Source: Malacoraja senta (taxonomy: Eukaryota). Taken from it: DNA of 64,000 nucleotides. The DNA is taken from the NCBI GenBank assembly GCA_038087875.1, contig CM075997.1, positions 4,342,001 to 4,406,000 of the forward strand, written 5' to 3'. The notes beneath the pieces are model-generated. The model saw only the letters and a program-made list of their open reading frames with translations. It ran no database searches and was not told the origin of the DNA. Position numbers and translations under genes: made by a program. Positions within the stretch are counted from its first letter, which is position 1; each line of letters begins with the position of its first letter. Positions 1-12,295 of this stretch are shown in pieces.

Positions 1-332
1 CCCGCCTCACCCGACATCACCCGCTCCTTCCTCCCGGTCAAAATGAAGGAGAGGTGTGCAAAAGGACAACTCAAAGCCGGCAACGGTGATCAAGGAATGG
101 CGGAACCCACCCTTCATTCATTTGTTCTCTGAACCTCTTCACACCTCTCGTCTCCCTCTCCCCCGACTCTCAGTCTGAAGAAGGGTCTCGACCCGAAACG
201 TCACCCGTTCCTTCCCTCCAGAGATGCTGCCTGTCCCGCTGAGTTACTCCAGCTTTTTGGTGTCGATCTCCAGCCACAACAACAATCTTGCTCTCAACAG
301 AGGTAGACAGAAAACCTCAAGTGCTGGAGTAA

Positions 333-801
333 AGGGCCTGTCCCACTTGGCCGTCATTTGCGCCTCATTTACGCATCATATGTAAAATAGGTCGACGAGT
401 CGTGATGCGCGGCGTCGCGCGCAAATCACGCGTCAGCACAGTCGTCTGGTGCGCGTCACGTCATTAGAATACCCCGCGGCACGCGGCGACGCCTGGTTAC
501 GCACTTTGACGCACGGTGATGTAACCATGCGTCACCAGGCGATACACGTGAGACGTCGGGACGCCAGCGTGCGACGCCAACACGTCAGTGTGCATATGAG
601 ATACGTCACGCAGTTGGCGCGCGAGGATTTCGATACACTACGAAATCCTGGAGCGCTGCGCGCCACCGCATGCGATTCCACGCCTCACCATGCGCAATGC
701 GAGCGTTACCCCACGCGCACCGCACGCATCACGACGCGTCAACCTATTTTACATATGACGCGGAAATGAGGCGCAAATGACGGCCAAGTGGGACAGGCCC
801 T
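333..801. mobile_element. PIF/Harbinger-type MITE, family A
   Basis: ~65-bp TIRs starting AGGGCCTGTCCCACTTGGCCGTCATTTGCG; TSD TAA/TAA. The empty site restores the host Penelope-repeat motif ctggagTAActcag. Confidence 0.85.
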
Positions 802-1269
802 TAACTCAGTGACAGGCAGCATCTCTGGAGAGAAGGAATGGGTGACGTTTCGCCTCTTCAGACTGAGAGTCATGGGAGGGAGACAAGAGATATGGAAGGG
901 TAAGGTGTGAAAAGGACAGATCAAAGGGGACACTGCTCAAGGAAATGTAGAATGGTTCATTGTTGGCTGAGGGGAAGGTGACAACGAGGCAAACAAACAG
1001 TAAATTTAATCAGGAGAGTGAAACTAGTCGGAGAACTAGGGTGGGAGAGTGACGGAGAGAGAGGGAAAGCAGGGGTTACTTGAAGTTAGAGAAGTCAATG
1101 TTCATACCGCTGGGGTGTAAGCTGCCCAAGGGAAATATGAGGTGGTGTTACATAGAAACACAGTTTGTGCAAAGACATGGGCAATGTTGATGTTACGGGG
1201 AACCCCAATTACAGACGGGGCAACATATACACCAGACTTTACCGTATATACTCACCCATCATATATCTC

Positions 1270-1332
1270 CCTGTGTGTGCGTGTGTGTCTGTGTGTGTGT
1301 CTATTTGTGTGTGTGTGTGTGTGTGTGTGTGG

Positions 1333-1373
<41 letters not shown>

Positions 1374-1458
1374 TGTGTGTGTGTCTGTGTGTGTGTGTGT
1401 GCGTGTGTCTGTGTGTGTGTGGGTCTGTGTGTGTGTGTGTGTCTGTGTGTGTGTGTGG

Positions 1459-1497
<39 letters not shown>

Positions 1498-2400
1498 TGT
1501 GTCTGTGTGTGTGTGTGTGTGTCTGTGTGTGTGTGTGTGCGTGTGTCTGTGTGTGTGTGGGTCTGTGTGTGTGTGTGGGTCTGTGTGTGTGTGTGTGTGT
1601 GTGGGTCTGTGTGTGTCTGTGTGTGTGTGGGTCTGTGTGTGTGTGTGTGTCTGTGTGTGTGTGTGGGTCTGTGTGTGTGTGTGTGTGTGTGGGTCTGTGT
1701 CTGTGTGTGTGTGTGTGTGTGTGTGGGTCTGTGTGTGTGTGTGTGTCTGTGTGTGTGTGTGGGTCTGTGTGTGTGTGTGTGTGTGTGTGGGTCTGTGTGT
1801 GTGTGTGTCTGTGTGTGTGTGTGGGTCTGTGTGTGTGTGTGTGTGTGTGGGTCTGTGTGTGTGTGTGTGTCTGTGTGTGTGTGTGGGTCTGTGTGTGTGT
1901 GTGTGTGTGTGGGTCTGTGTGTGTCTGTGTGTGTGTGTGTGTGTCTGTGTGTGTGTGTGTGCGTGTGTCTGTGTGTGTGTGGGTCTGTGTGTGTGTGTGG
2001 GTCTGTGTGTGTGTGTGGGTCTGTGTGTATGTGTCTATCTGTGTGAGCGTCTGTGTCTGTTCTATCTGTCTGTGTGTCTGTGTGTGTGTGTGTGTGTGGG
2101 TCTGTGTGTGTGTGTGTCTGTGTGTGTGTGTGGGTCTGTGTGTGTGTGTGTGTGTGTGGGTCTGTGTGTGTGTGTGTGTCTGTGTGTGTGTGTGGGTCTG
2201 TGTGTGTGTGTGTGTGTGTGGGTCTGTGTGTGTCTGTGTGTGTGTGTGTGTGTCTGTGTGTGTGTGTGTGCGTGTGTCTGTGTGTGTGTGGGTCTGTGTG
2301 TGTGTGTGGGTCTGTGTGTGTGTGTGGGTCTGTGTGTATGTGTCTATCTGTGTGAGCGTCTGTGTCTGTTCTATCTGTCTGTGTGTCTGTCCGTGTGTCA
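1270..2400. repeat. Long interrupted (GT)n microsatellite with higher-order structure
   Basis: ~1.1 kb of GT repeats punctuated by GGGTCT, GTCT and GCGT. The unique spacer 'tatgtgtctatctgtgtgagcgtctg' occurs twice, 309 bp apart. Confidence 0.95.
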
Positions 2401-2401
2401 G

Positions 2402-2753
2402 TCAGTCAGTCTGTGCCGCACAGATTCCCCGGGAGTCCCGGTGCTTCCCCGGAATCCCAGCTAATAAATAACTAGAGATTTGCTGGCGGATGTGGGCTTC
2501 TCCTGGCTCCGGGGACTGGGATCTCTCAGAGACGGGGAGGAGGGATCGCTCTCTCTGTCTCTGTCTGTGTGTCTCTCTCTCTCTGTGTCTGTGTCTGTGT
2601 CTGTGTCTGTGTCTGTGTCTGTGTCTGTGTCTGTGTGTGTTGGCTGGTGGCGGCGGCGGCGGCTGCAACAGGCAGGGACCCCCCTGTGTGAGCGCATCAC
2701 CTTGCGGGGGCTCCGGGGTCTTCCCCCGACTCTGGCAGGAAACCCCGGCGTCT
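2402..2753 (+). promoter_or_regulatory. Candidate promoter / non-coding first exon of the NCX gene
   Basis: Largely unique, GC/CpG-rich island with a (GGC)n run and an internal (TCTGTG)n repeat, ending at the consensus donor tct|GTGAGT (GT at 2754). SLC8 genes have untranslated first exons upstream of the large coding exon. The 5' end is not determinable. Confidence 0.45.
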
Positions 2754-2764
2754 GTGAGTACATT

Positions 2765-3274
2765 GGTGGAGGGGAGAGAGGGGGAGAGAGGGGGAGAGAG
2801 GGGGGAAAGGAGGGGAGGGGAGGGGAGGGGAGAGAGGAGGGGAGAGGGTGGTCTTTTGTATCAGAGGGACGCGATGCATGCGATATAAAGGGCGTCTCTC
2901 TAATTCTCTATCTCGATATCTGCTGCAGGATGAGGTCCCCCCCCCCCCTTCTCTCCCTCCTCTCGCTCCCTCCCTCCTCTCTCCCCCCTTCTATCTCTCT
3001 CTCTGCCCCACCTCTCTCCCCCTTCTCCCTCTCCCTCCTCTCCCCCTTCTCTCTCTTTCCCTCTCCTTCTCTCTCTCTCTCCTCTCTCTCCCTCTCTCTC
3101 TCCCTCCCTCCTCTCCCTTCTCTCTCTCTCCCTCATTTCCCCCTTCTCTCTCTCCCTGTTCTCTCTCCCCTCTCTCACCCCTCTCTCCCTCCTCTCACCC
3201 TTTCTCCCTCTCTCCCTGTTCTCTCTCTCTCTCTCTCTCTCTCTCCCTCGTCTCACCCTCTACCTCTCTCCCTG

Positions 3275-3327
<53 letters not shown>

Positions 3328-3495
3328 CCCCCTTCTCTCTCTCTCTCCTCTCTCCCCTTCTCTCTTTCTCTCCCCCTTCTCTCTCTCCCTGCTCTCTCTC
3401 CCCCTTTCTCTCTCTCTCTCTCTCTCTCTCTCCTCTCCCCCCCTCCTCTCTCTATCTCCTCTCCCCCTTCTCTCGCCCCCCCCTCCCTCCCCTTG
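2765..3495. repeat. GA-rich tract (2765-2850) followed by a ~550-bp CT-only tract (2940-3495)
   Basis: Nearly pure purine run, then nearly pure pyrimidine run, on the + strand. Confidence 0.95.
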
Positions 3496-4629
3496 ACTTT
3501 CAGCAGTTTGCATACACCCTGTCAATACCCTGCCCATTTACCGCAGCGCTATAATGTGGTTTAAACGGATGGATTGCACCACAGGACCCCATAAGACAGA
3601 TGTTGGCGCATTTCAGCAAACGATGCAGAAGCCATTCGGCCCCTCCAGCCATTCTACTAGCCCTCCCCCTGCCCCCCAGGCATTTGATTCTCCACCTCTG
3701 CACCGTTTCCCTGCATTGGAGTCAAACAGCCCCACTACGGGGAATGAGGCCCTTCGGCCTGATGCTGTCACACCAGCTTTTCATTCTCACCCAGCAAACA
3801 GCTAACAATGACTGCTTTAATACGATCAGGATAGGAGAAGAATAAGGCCTTTTGGCCCATCAAGTCTACTCTGGCATTCAATCACGGCTGATCTATCTCT
3901 CCCTCCTAACCCCATTCTCCTGCCTTCTCCCCGTAACCCCTGATCAGAAACGCCATCTATGTGATGTTGACACAACGAACTGCAGATGCTGGGTTACAAA
4001 AAAAAAGACACACACACACACACACACAAAGTACTGGAGTAACTCGGCGGGTCGGGCAGCATCTCTGGAGGAGAGGGATGGGCGATCATATTCTTTGGAG
4101 GGAGTAGTCATTGTCAGGGTAGTGTGGAGATCAGCACAGTGGTGATTCCAGGCCTATATTTGTTCATCCCACACTGCTGGGCTGACGTTACTGAGTGAGA
4201 TATCCATGCAGAGATGTGGGGTCGTTTGTTGCAGGCTACAGAAAATGGAGGCAGTCACTGCGCTGTGTTGCAGCGACTCCGACATAAGAACGAGCTGTGC
4301 AGTGGTTGGGAATCCCTGAGGCTGCGTGGGTGTGATTTAATAAAATGTCCTCCGTAATAAACATGGAGGAAAGGTGCTGGAAAATGGATTCGGAAGGAGG
4401 ATTGCAGACTGCTTAAACCACCCGTGGTTTTACCATTGCTGTTCCCCCCTGAACTGTGGTGAACAGATCTGTCTCTAAGTCGGGGAGGATGCAGGTTCAA
4501 GTTTATTTTAGAGATACAGAGTGAAAACAGGCCATTCGGCCCATCGAGTCCGCACCGACCTGCGATCCCCGCACACTAACGCCATCCTACTCACACGAGG
4601 GACAATTTACAATTTAATCAACAGATTAA

Positions 4630-5075
4630 TACTGAACACCTCCGCTCAGTCTGCCTTAACCTACCTGATCTTCCAGTTGCTCAACTCCCCTCCCATTCCC
4701 AATCTGACATTTCTGTCCTGGGCCTCCTCCATTGTCAGAGTGAGGCCCAGCGCAAATTGGAGGAACAGCAGCTCATATTTCGCTTGGGCAGTTTACACCC
4801 CAGCGGTATGAACATTGACTTCTCTAACTTCAGATAGCCCTTCCTTTCCCTCTCTCTCCATCCCCTCCCCCTTCCCAGTTCTCCCACCAGTCTTACTCTC
4901 TCCAAATACATTCTATCTGTGTCCCGCCCACTCCCCTGACATCAGTCTGAAGAAGGGTCTCGACCCGAAATGTCACCCATCCCTTCTCTCCAGAGATGCT
5001 GCCTGTCCCGCTGAGTTACTCCAGCATTTTGTGTCTATCTTCGATTTAAACCAGCACCTGCAGTTCCTTCCTACA
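4630..5075 (+). mobile_element. Penelope-like element 3' fragment
   Basis: C-terminal endonuclease remnant (LEEQQLIFRLGSLHPSGMNIDFSNF) plus pLTR. Further fragments at ~1-275, 805-1145, 35340-35820, 45590-46360 and 53750-54430. Confidence 0.75.
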
Positions 5076-7275
5076 CAATCAACGGACCTGTGCGTCTTTG
5101 GAGTGTGGGAGGAAACCGGAGCACCTGGAGAAATCCAACGCAGGTCACGGGGAGAAGGTACAAACTCCGTACAGAGGGGTGGTGATGAGGGATGGCCCCA
5201 CAAGGGATGTTGTTTCACAGTACGCTATTGAGTGCTGAAAGACACAAGGTGCTGGAGTAACTCAACGGGTCAGGCAGCATCTCTGCAGAACATAGATGGG
5301 TGATGTTTTGGGTCAGGACCCTTAAAGCAATTCATCGGGTCTGGCAGCATCCCTACAAAACATGAATAGGTGACGTTTCCTTCAAGGGTCCCGACCCGAG
5401 ACGTCACCTATCCATGTTCTTCAGAGATGCTGCCTGACCCGCTGAGTTACTCCAGCAGTCTGTGCCTTTCTTTGGTAAACCAGCATCTGCAGTTCCTTGA
5501 TCTAGTCTATTAGAGTGCTGTGTTTACCAACCTGCTGCAAGTAAGAAATTAATTCTTCTGCTTTGGTACATATGACAATAAAAAATACTGGGTAGAAGGC
5601 AGGAGAATGGGATTAGGAGGGAGAGATAGATCAGCCATGATTGAATGGCAGAGTAGACGTGATGGGCCGAATGGCCTCATTCTACTCCTATCACTTAAGA
5701 TCTTATGTAGACAAAAATGCCGGAGAAACTCAGCGGGTGAGGCAGCATCTATGGAGCGAAGGAATAGGTGACGTTTCGGGTCCTATTAAATCTTTTCCCC
5801 TTCACCTTGAACCTGCGTCCTCTGGTCCTCGATTCCCCTACTCTGGGCAAGAGACTCTGGGCATCGACTCGATCTATACCTCTCATGATTTTATCCACCT
5901 CTATACCACCTCTATAAGATCTCCCCTCATCCTCCTGCGCTCCATGGAATAGAGACCCAGCCTGCTCAACCTCTCCCTGTAGCTCACACCCTCTAGTCCC
6001 GGCAACATCCTCTCCTCCCCACCCACCCCCATTTATCTTTCTTCAGTCTGAAGAAGGGTCTCGACCCGAAACGTCGCCTATTTCCTTCGCTCCGTAGATG
6101 CTGCCTCACCCGCTGAGTTTCTCCAGCATTTTTGTCTACCTTCGATTTTTCCAGCATCTGCAGTTCTTACTTAAGCTTAAGATCTTATGAACACTGTTGA
6201 CTCTTGTGTAGAAGGGAACTGCAGATGCAGGTTTATACTGAAGATAAGCGCCAAGTGCTGGAGTAACTCAGCGGGCCAGGCAGCATCTCTGGAGGAAAAG
6301 GACTGGGTGACATTTCGGGTCGAGGCCCAACTTCACCCATCCCTTCTCTCCAGAGACGCTGCCTGTCCCGCTGAGTTACTCCAGCACTTTGTGTCTTTCC
6401 CCAGTCTGGACCCTTGCTCGCCTGAGGTTCCAACTGCTATTTCCAATAGAACTAAAAGAACAAATAAATCCATCAGGCTGTTTTGAAAAAGAGCAGCAAT
6501 ATTTTATTTCATTGGTGTTCGGGCTGGTATTTATTTCTCAAGTGCTTCACTTTAAAAATTATGGAGATGATCTTGTTGTTATGCGATGGTTGTTTGTGGG
6601 AGCTGCCTGCTTGAAATTGGCTGCATTCGAAGGACAGGCAAGCTGTTCTACTGTGCAATAATATCACATCTGATCCTTTTCCTACATCAGCAACATTCCC
6701 TGATCTCCCAGGTACTCATCAGTCATAGAGTCATGAAACAGGCCTTCGGCCCAACTTGCCCACACCGACCAACATGCCCCATCCACACTAGTCCCACCTG
6801 CCTGCGTTTGGTCCATATCCCTCCAAACCTGTCCGATCCATGTACATGTCTAACTGTTTCTTAAACGTTGCGATAGTCCCTGCCTCAACTACCTCCTCTG
6901 GCAGCTTGTTCCATACACCCACCACCCTCTGTGTGAAAAAGTATCCCTCAGATTCCTATTAAATCTTTCCCCCCTCACCTTAAACCTACGTCCTCTGGTC
7001 CTCGATTCCCCTACTCTGGGCAAGAGACTCTGTGCGTCTACCCGATCTATTCCTCTCATGATATTATACACCTCTATAAGATCACCCCTCATCCTCCTGT
7101 GCTCCATGGAATAGAGACCCAGCCTGCTCAACCTCTCCCTATGGCTCACACCCTCCAGTCCTGGCAACATCCTCGTAAATCTTCTCTGAACCCTTTCAAG
7201 CTTGACAATATCTTTTCTATAACATGGTGCCCAGAACTGAATATAATATTCTAAATGCGGTGTCACCAACATCTT

Positions 7276-7410
7276 CTTCTTGCGTACGGCGTGTACAGCC
7301 TAAAGTTGTAGGACAACTTGTTCTATGTGATCTTATTTGATTGTGCACACCAGGTTGATTGCATTCGTCGAAACAGGGCGGGCCACATGAAGGTTGCAAT
7401 CTCCCACCCC
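7276..7410 (-). mobile_element. Short non-autonomous retroposon with a 5' HDV-like ribozyme and (GAA)n tail, copy 1
   Basis: Inserted into a CR1 fragment with an 11-bp TSD, accaacatctt (7265-7275) / accaacgtctt (7411-7421). The minus strand begins GGGGTGGGAGATTGCAACC and ends ...CGTACGCAAGAAG. Confidence 0.85.
7357..7410 (-). ncRNA. Minimal HDV-like self-cleaving ribozyme (predicted), copy 1
   Basis: GGGGUGG-GA-GAUUGCA-ACC-UUCAUGU-GGC-CCGCCCU-G-UUUCGA-CGAA-UGCAAUC fits P1/P2/P3/L3/P1'/mini-P4/J4-2/P2', with one P3 mismatch. Confidence 0.75.
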
Positions 7411-8439
7411 ACCAACGTCTTATTCAACCGCAACATGACCTCCCAACTTCGATACTTCTATTGAAAGAAGGCCGATCTATCTTCCCCTCGCAACCCATTC
7501 TCCCGCCTTCTCCCCATAACTCCTGACGCCCTTACTAATCAAGAATAGTGCCCGTATACGGGATCGCTGGCCGGTGCGGGCTCGAAGGGCCGGAGGGCCT
7601 GTTTTCGCGCTGTATCGCGGAGCTCTTAAAAAAGGTTCTTTTCCTTTTAGAATCCCATATTGACTCTGTCTAATCTGCTGACGACTTTCAAAGTGGTTTT
7701 CCTAATAACTCTCGGTCTAACTGATACTCAGTTCCCTCTTCCCCTCTCACGTTCTTGGGGTAATTTCCGAGATGTCAAACTCTGGCTTCATGCCACGTGT
7801 ATATAATTGGATTGGGACGCACTGTGGCTGTGAAATGCACTTTTCTCAAAAATTGCCAATCTCGTAACATGGGGCACAATGGTGTTCATTTTATTTTTCT
7901 TCTTTCGTTGGAAAGTAGTAAGAAAAAAATCCTCTCAAAGAAAATATGAAGTTGGGGGAGTCCAGAACCAGGGGCCACAGTTTAAGAATAAGGGGTAAGC
8001 CATTTAGAACGGAGACGAGGGAAACATTTTTTCTCACAGAGAGTGGTGAGTCTGTGGAATTCTCTGCTCAGAGGGCGGTGGAGGCAGGTTCTCTGGATGC
8101 TTTCAAGAGAGAGCTAGATGGGCCCCTTAAAAATAGCGGAGTCAGGGGATATGGGGAGAAGGCAGGTACGGGGTACTGATTGGGGATGATCAGCCATGAT
8201 CACATTGAATGGCGGTGCCGGCTCAAAGGGCCGAATGGCCTACTCTGCACCTATTGTCTGTTGTCTATGTCTATAAAATGCCAGAGCAACCATTGCCCCC
8301 TTCCCCATGGTGGTATATAACCCTCCAGGGCAGTTTTAGTATTTTTTAAAAAAGGCACAATGTGCTGGAGTAATTCAGCTGGTCAAGCAGCATCTCTGGA
8401 GAGAAGGTATGGGTGACATTTTGGGTTGAGACCCTTCTT

Positions 8440-9015
8440 CAAGATTCAAGATTCAAGAGAGTTTATTGTCATGTGTCCCAGATAGGACAATGACATTTTT
8501 GCTTTGCTTCAGCACAACAGAATATAGTAGACATGAATACAGAACAGATCAGTGTGTCCATATACCATTGAATATATAAACACACACACATAAATAAGCA
8601 GATAAAGTGCAATAGGCTATTAAAGTTCAGAGTTTTGATTGAGTTTAATAGCCTGATGGCTGTGGGGAAGTAGCTATTCCTGAACCTGGATGTTGCAGAT
8701 TTCAGGCTCCTGTACCTTCTACCTGAAGGCAGCGGGGAGATGAGTGTGTGGCCAGGATGGTGTGGGTCCTTGATGATGCTGCCAGCCTTTTTGAGGCAGC
8801 GACTGCGATAGATCCCCTCGATGGTGGGGAGGTCAGAGCCGATGATGGACTGGGCAGTGGTTACAACTTTTAGTAGTCTTTTCCGCTCCTGGGCGCTCAA
8901 GTCGCCGAACCAATCCACGATGCAACCGGTCAGCATGCTCTCCACTGTGCACCTGTAGAAGTTCGGGAGAGTCCTCCTCGACATACCGACTCTCCGTATC
9001 TCCTCCGGAAGTAGA
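8440..9015 (-). mobile_element. Rex1/Babar-type LINE 3' fragment
   Basis: FYRCTVESMLTGCI..W..IKDPHHPGH..LPSGRRYRS..FPTAIRLLN; (CTTGAAT)n tail. Confidence 0.8.
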
Positions 9016-12000
9016 CTCCTTCAGACAGAGTCAGCGGAGGGGGAGACCAGTGGGCTTTACCCGGGATCTTTGGTTTCCTCCCACACTCCAAAGACGCACA
9101 GATATTAATTGGCTTGGTGTAAATGTAAATTGTCCCTAGTGTGTGTAGGATAGAGCGGTGCGGACCCGGTGGGCCGAAGGGCCTGTTTCCGCGCTGCATC
9201 TCTAAACAAAACTAAAAATAGGAGATTACACAGTGCACAAGTGTCGCCACGATTTCGGCACCAACTTGCACCCTTTGAGTTTCAAAGTGTACGTTACAAT
9301 GCGATACGATAGAACGTTATTTATCCCAGGAGAGAAATTGTTCTGCCAACAGTCAGAAAGCACAAGAGACTAAAACATGAAATTAAAGTGACGAGTGGAA
9401 ACGATTGGGGATCTGGAAAGATTTGGGGAGTGGGCGGGGGGGGGGGGGAGTGGAAGGGGAGTCAGTCGACCCCACGACAGAAGGGGGAGGAGTTGTACAT
9501 TTGTTAGCCACAGGGAAGAAGGATCTCCTGATTAGAGTCTAATCTTCGCCATAAAGGCCCGTTGTCCTGGCGACGGCACTGGTTGGGAGTTGCAGGAGCC
9601 GGCCTGGCCTGGCGATCTTGTCGGTGTTCTCCACCGCTGCTCCGCCGCTCCGTGCCGCTGCAGGCCGCGTCCGATCTGGGCGCTCGGGAAGTGAGATTGC
9701 AGCCCACCAGGAATTATTGGGTTAACGTATGATGAGCGTTTGTCGGCACTGGGCCTGTACCCGCTGGAGTTTAGAAGAATGAGGGGGGACCTCATTGAAA
9801 CTTGCCGAATAGTGAAAGGCCTGGATAGAGTGGAGAGGATGTTTCAACTTGTGGGAGAGTCTAGGACCAGAGACCACAGCCTCAGAATTAAAGGACGTTC
9901 CTTTAGGAAGAAGATGAGGAGGAATTTCTTTAGTCAGCGGGTGGTGAATCTGTGGAATTCATGCAGGTTGTGCAGGCCACGTCAATAGATATTTTTAAGG
10001 CGGAGATTGACAGATTCTGGAATAGTACGGGTGTCGGGGGTTATGGGGAGAAGGCAGGGTTGAGAGGGAAAGATAGATCAGTCATGATTGAATGGCGGAG
10101 TAGACTTGATGGGCCAAATGGCCTAATTCTACTCCTGTCACTTATGACATTTCTGTCCTGGGCCTCCTCCACTGTCAGAATGGGGCCAAACACAAAATGG
10201 AGGAACTACGTCTCATATTTATTTCTAGTTTAGTTTAGTTTTAGTTATACAGCGCGGAAACAGGCGGAGTGGACGATGGGCTGAATGGCCTAATTCTGCT
10301 GCTGGAACTTATGAACCCATGAACTCCACTGCCGCCACAGGCCGCGTCAGATCCGCGAGTTCGGCCTCTGGGAGCGGCTCCTGACCCAGTCGAGCCCCAG
10401 GCTGCTGCAGGGCCTCAGCGGCCCACTCCACCATTGCTCCATTGGTGTCCGGGATCGCCATTGGCCTCCCGCAGCCCACCTAACAACACCCAGAGCGCCT
10501 CCTAAAGCGCGGGAGGTGGGATTGCGGCCCGCTCACCAGCACCGATCCTCATTGCCGCCATCTTGAAAGATGATGCCGTGTTTATTGATCCCAGGTGGGG
10601 TCCACTGTTAGAATTGGTCTGGGAAACCTTTGGTGGGATCTCCGTGTGTGCGTATATCAATCGCAAACTGGTTCTAACCCCCCTGGGAGTGGAGGGCTCA
10701 ATGCCAGCAAGTTCCCACTCGATAGTTTCACGCGGGGACTCGAGAAAGAGATGCATTAGTGCGGGGAATGAGCGATGACTGGGACTAATTAGGCACTGGT
10801 TGCAAAGGGGCAGCAGACAAGCAGTGAGCCAAATGGCTGTGTAACCGACCCAGGCAGGTTTTTAAAAATAGTTTTTAATAAGTTTGCCAGGAATTAATAC
10901 AACGTCGAGTCAAATGCTTGGAGGTTTATTAGAAGTGAAATGAACCAGAACATTTTCACAGCCAGCATTAAATAAGTTCGTCAGAAGAGGTGCATGTGGT
11001 GCAGGCGGTGGAATTTAACCCTCTCAGTGCCTTCCCTCCCCCATGTCACAGTCACAGAGTCATACCGCATGGAAACGGGCCTGCAGGAGGGAGTTTTGTA
11101 CCCAAACCTTATATCTGACTTAACTCAGATAGGTCGCAGGAAGGAACTGCAGATGCTGGTTTAAACTGAAGATAGACACAACATGCTGGAGTAACTCAGT
11201 GTGACAGGCAGCACCCGAGAAGGGCCTCGACCCGAAACATCACCCATTCCTTCTATCCGGAGATGCTGTCTGTCTGAAGAAGGGTTTCGGCCCGAAACGT
11301 TGATTATTTCCTTCGCTCCATAGATGCTGCTGCACCCTCTGAGTTTCTCCAGCACTTTTGTCTACCTTCGATTTTCCAACATCTGCAGTTCCTTCTTACA
11401 ACCTGCTGTCTGTCCCGCTGAGTTACTCCAGCATTTTGTATCTATTTACTCAGAGAGGCACAGACACAAAATATAACAGCTCATAGATCAGTGCTGAGTC
11501 TATCGAGCAAGTTGGTTTATTAAAGGCCTTATCGAGAAACAGTCTGAGGAATCCCAAACTGCTTCAACAATACATAACACCTACAGCATTTTTTATCTCC
11601 TCAATTTTTATATCCTCAGAGAGAACCCCCCCCCACCCACTCTCCTCAATCTTTGCACATTCCCCAATCATTTCCACTCATCACTTTAATTGGACGTTTC
11701 ATGTCTGATTTGAATTTATGACTGATGGCAGATCAATTTCCCTCCTGCGGTAAATAAAGTCATATCGTATCGCATCATTCCCCCCGTCTCTTGCCCCACC
11801 CTTCATGCTCAGCAGAGACATTGTGGGCCGAAGGGCCTGTTCTTGGGCTGCACTCTTCTACATCCCCAGCTGGCAACCATGTCTGGCTTCGTCGGTGACA
11901 CCAGTAACGCAGCCCCGCACGGCTGCAAGAAATGGCGCAGCTGGTTTTAAATACCTCCAAAATTAAAGAGCCTTTGTCGCAGTTAATGTCGACAAGATCG

Positions 12001-12295
12001 TAATCTGCAGCGTAAACATGAAGTCACTTTCAGGGATCAGTCTGGTGCGTTGTGCCGAGTTTGTAATATTGATTTAAATTCTCTCTTTGAATCTGGGCAA
12101 GCTCATTATTATTTCACATACGCCGTGACTGGATCTTGATATGACATCAATCATGTTTAAACATTGGAATCAATGCCTTGAAAGAGCCTTCATTGCAAAA
12201 TGATGCTTTCTTCAAATTAATTTCTGGAATTATTATAGGCAGACCAAATATTTGTCTGAGGAAAGTATACATATCGCTTTGATGTGTGACAATGA

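Larger units (their letters stand above)
6722..7455 (-). mobile_element. CR1-group LINE 3' fragment (host of ribozyme retroposon copy 1)
   Basis: PHLEYYIQFWAPCYRKDIVKLERVQRRFTRMLPG. Many other CR1 3' fragments occur, e.g. 7950-8270, 9705-10145, 17905-18220, 24655-25190, 26560-26890, 27305-27725, 33910-34580, 43235-43570, 47710-48250, 52842-53335, 55305-55720 and 56400-57090. Confidence 0.85.

Noticed and set aside
333..801. Kolobok/piggyBac (TTAA) or Tc1 (TA) assignment for the AGGGCCTGTCCCAC MITEs
   Set aside because: Empty sites reconstructed from host repeats show a 3-bp target (TAA, TTA); one further copy has a TGA/TGA duplication.
1142..2471. Long Val/Cys-rich ORFs (440, 398 and 293 aa)
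   Set aside because: Translation artefacts of the stop-free (GT)n microsatellite.
2480..3564. Leu/Ser/Pro-rich and Arg/Glu-rich ORFs
   Set aside because: Artefacts of the CT/GA low-complexity tracts.
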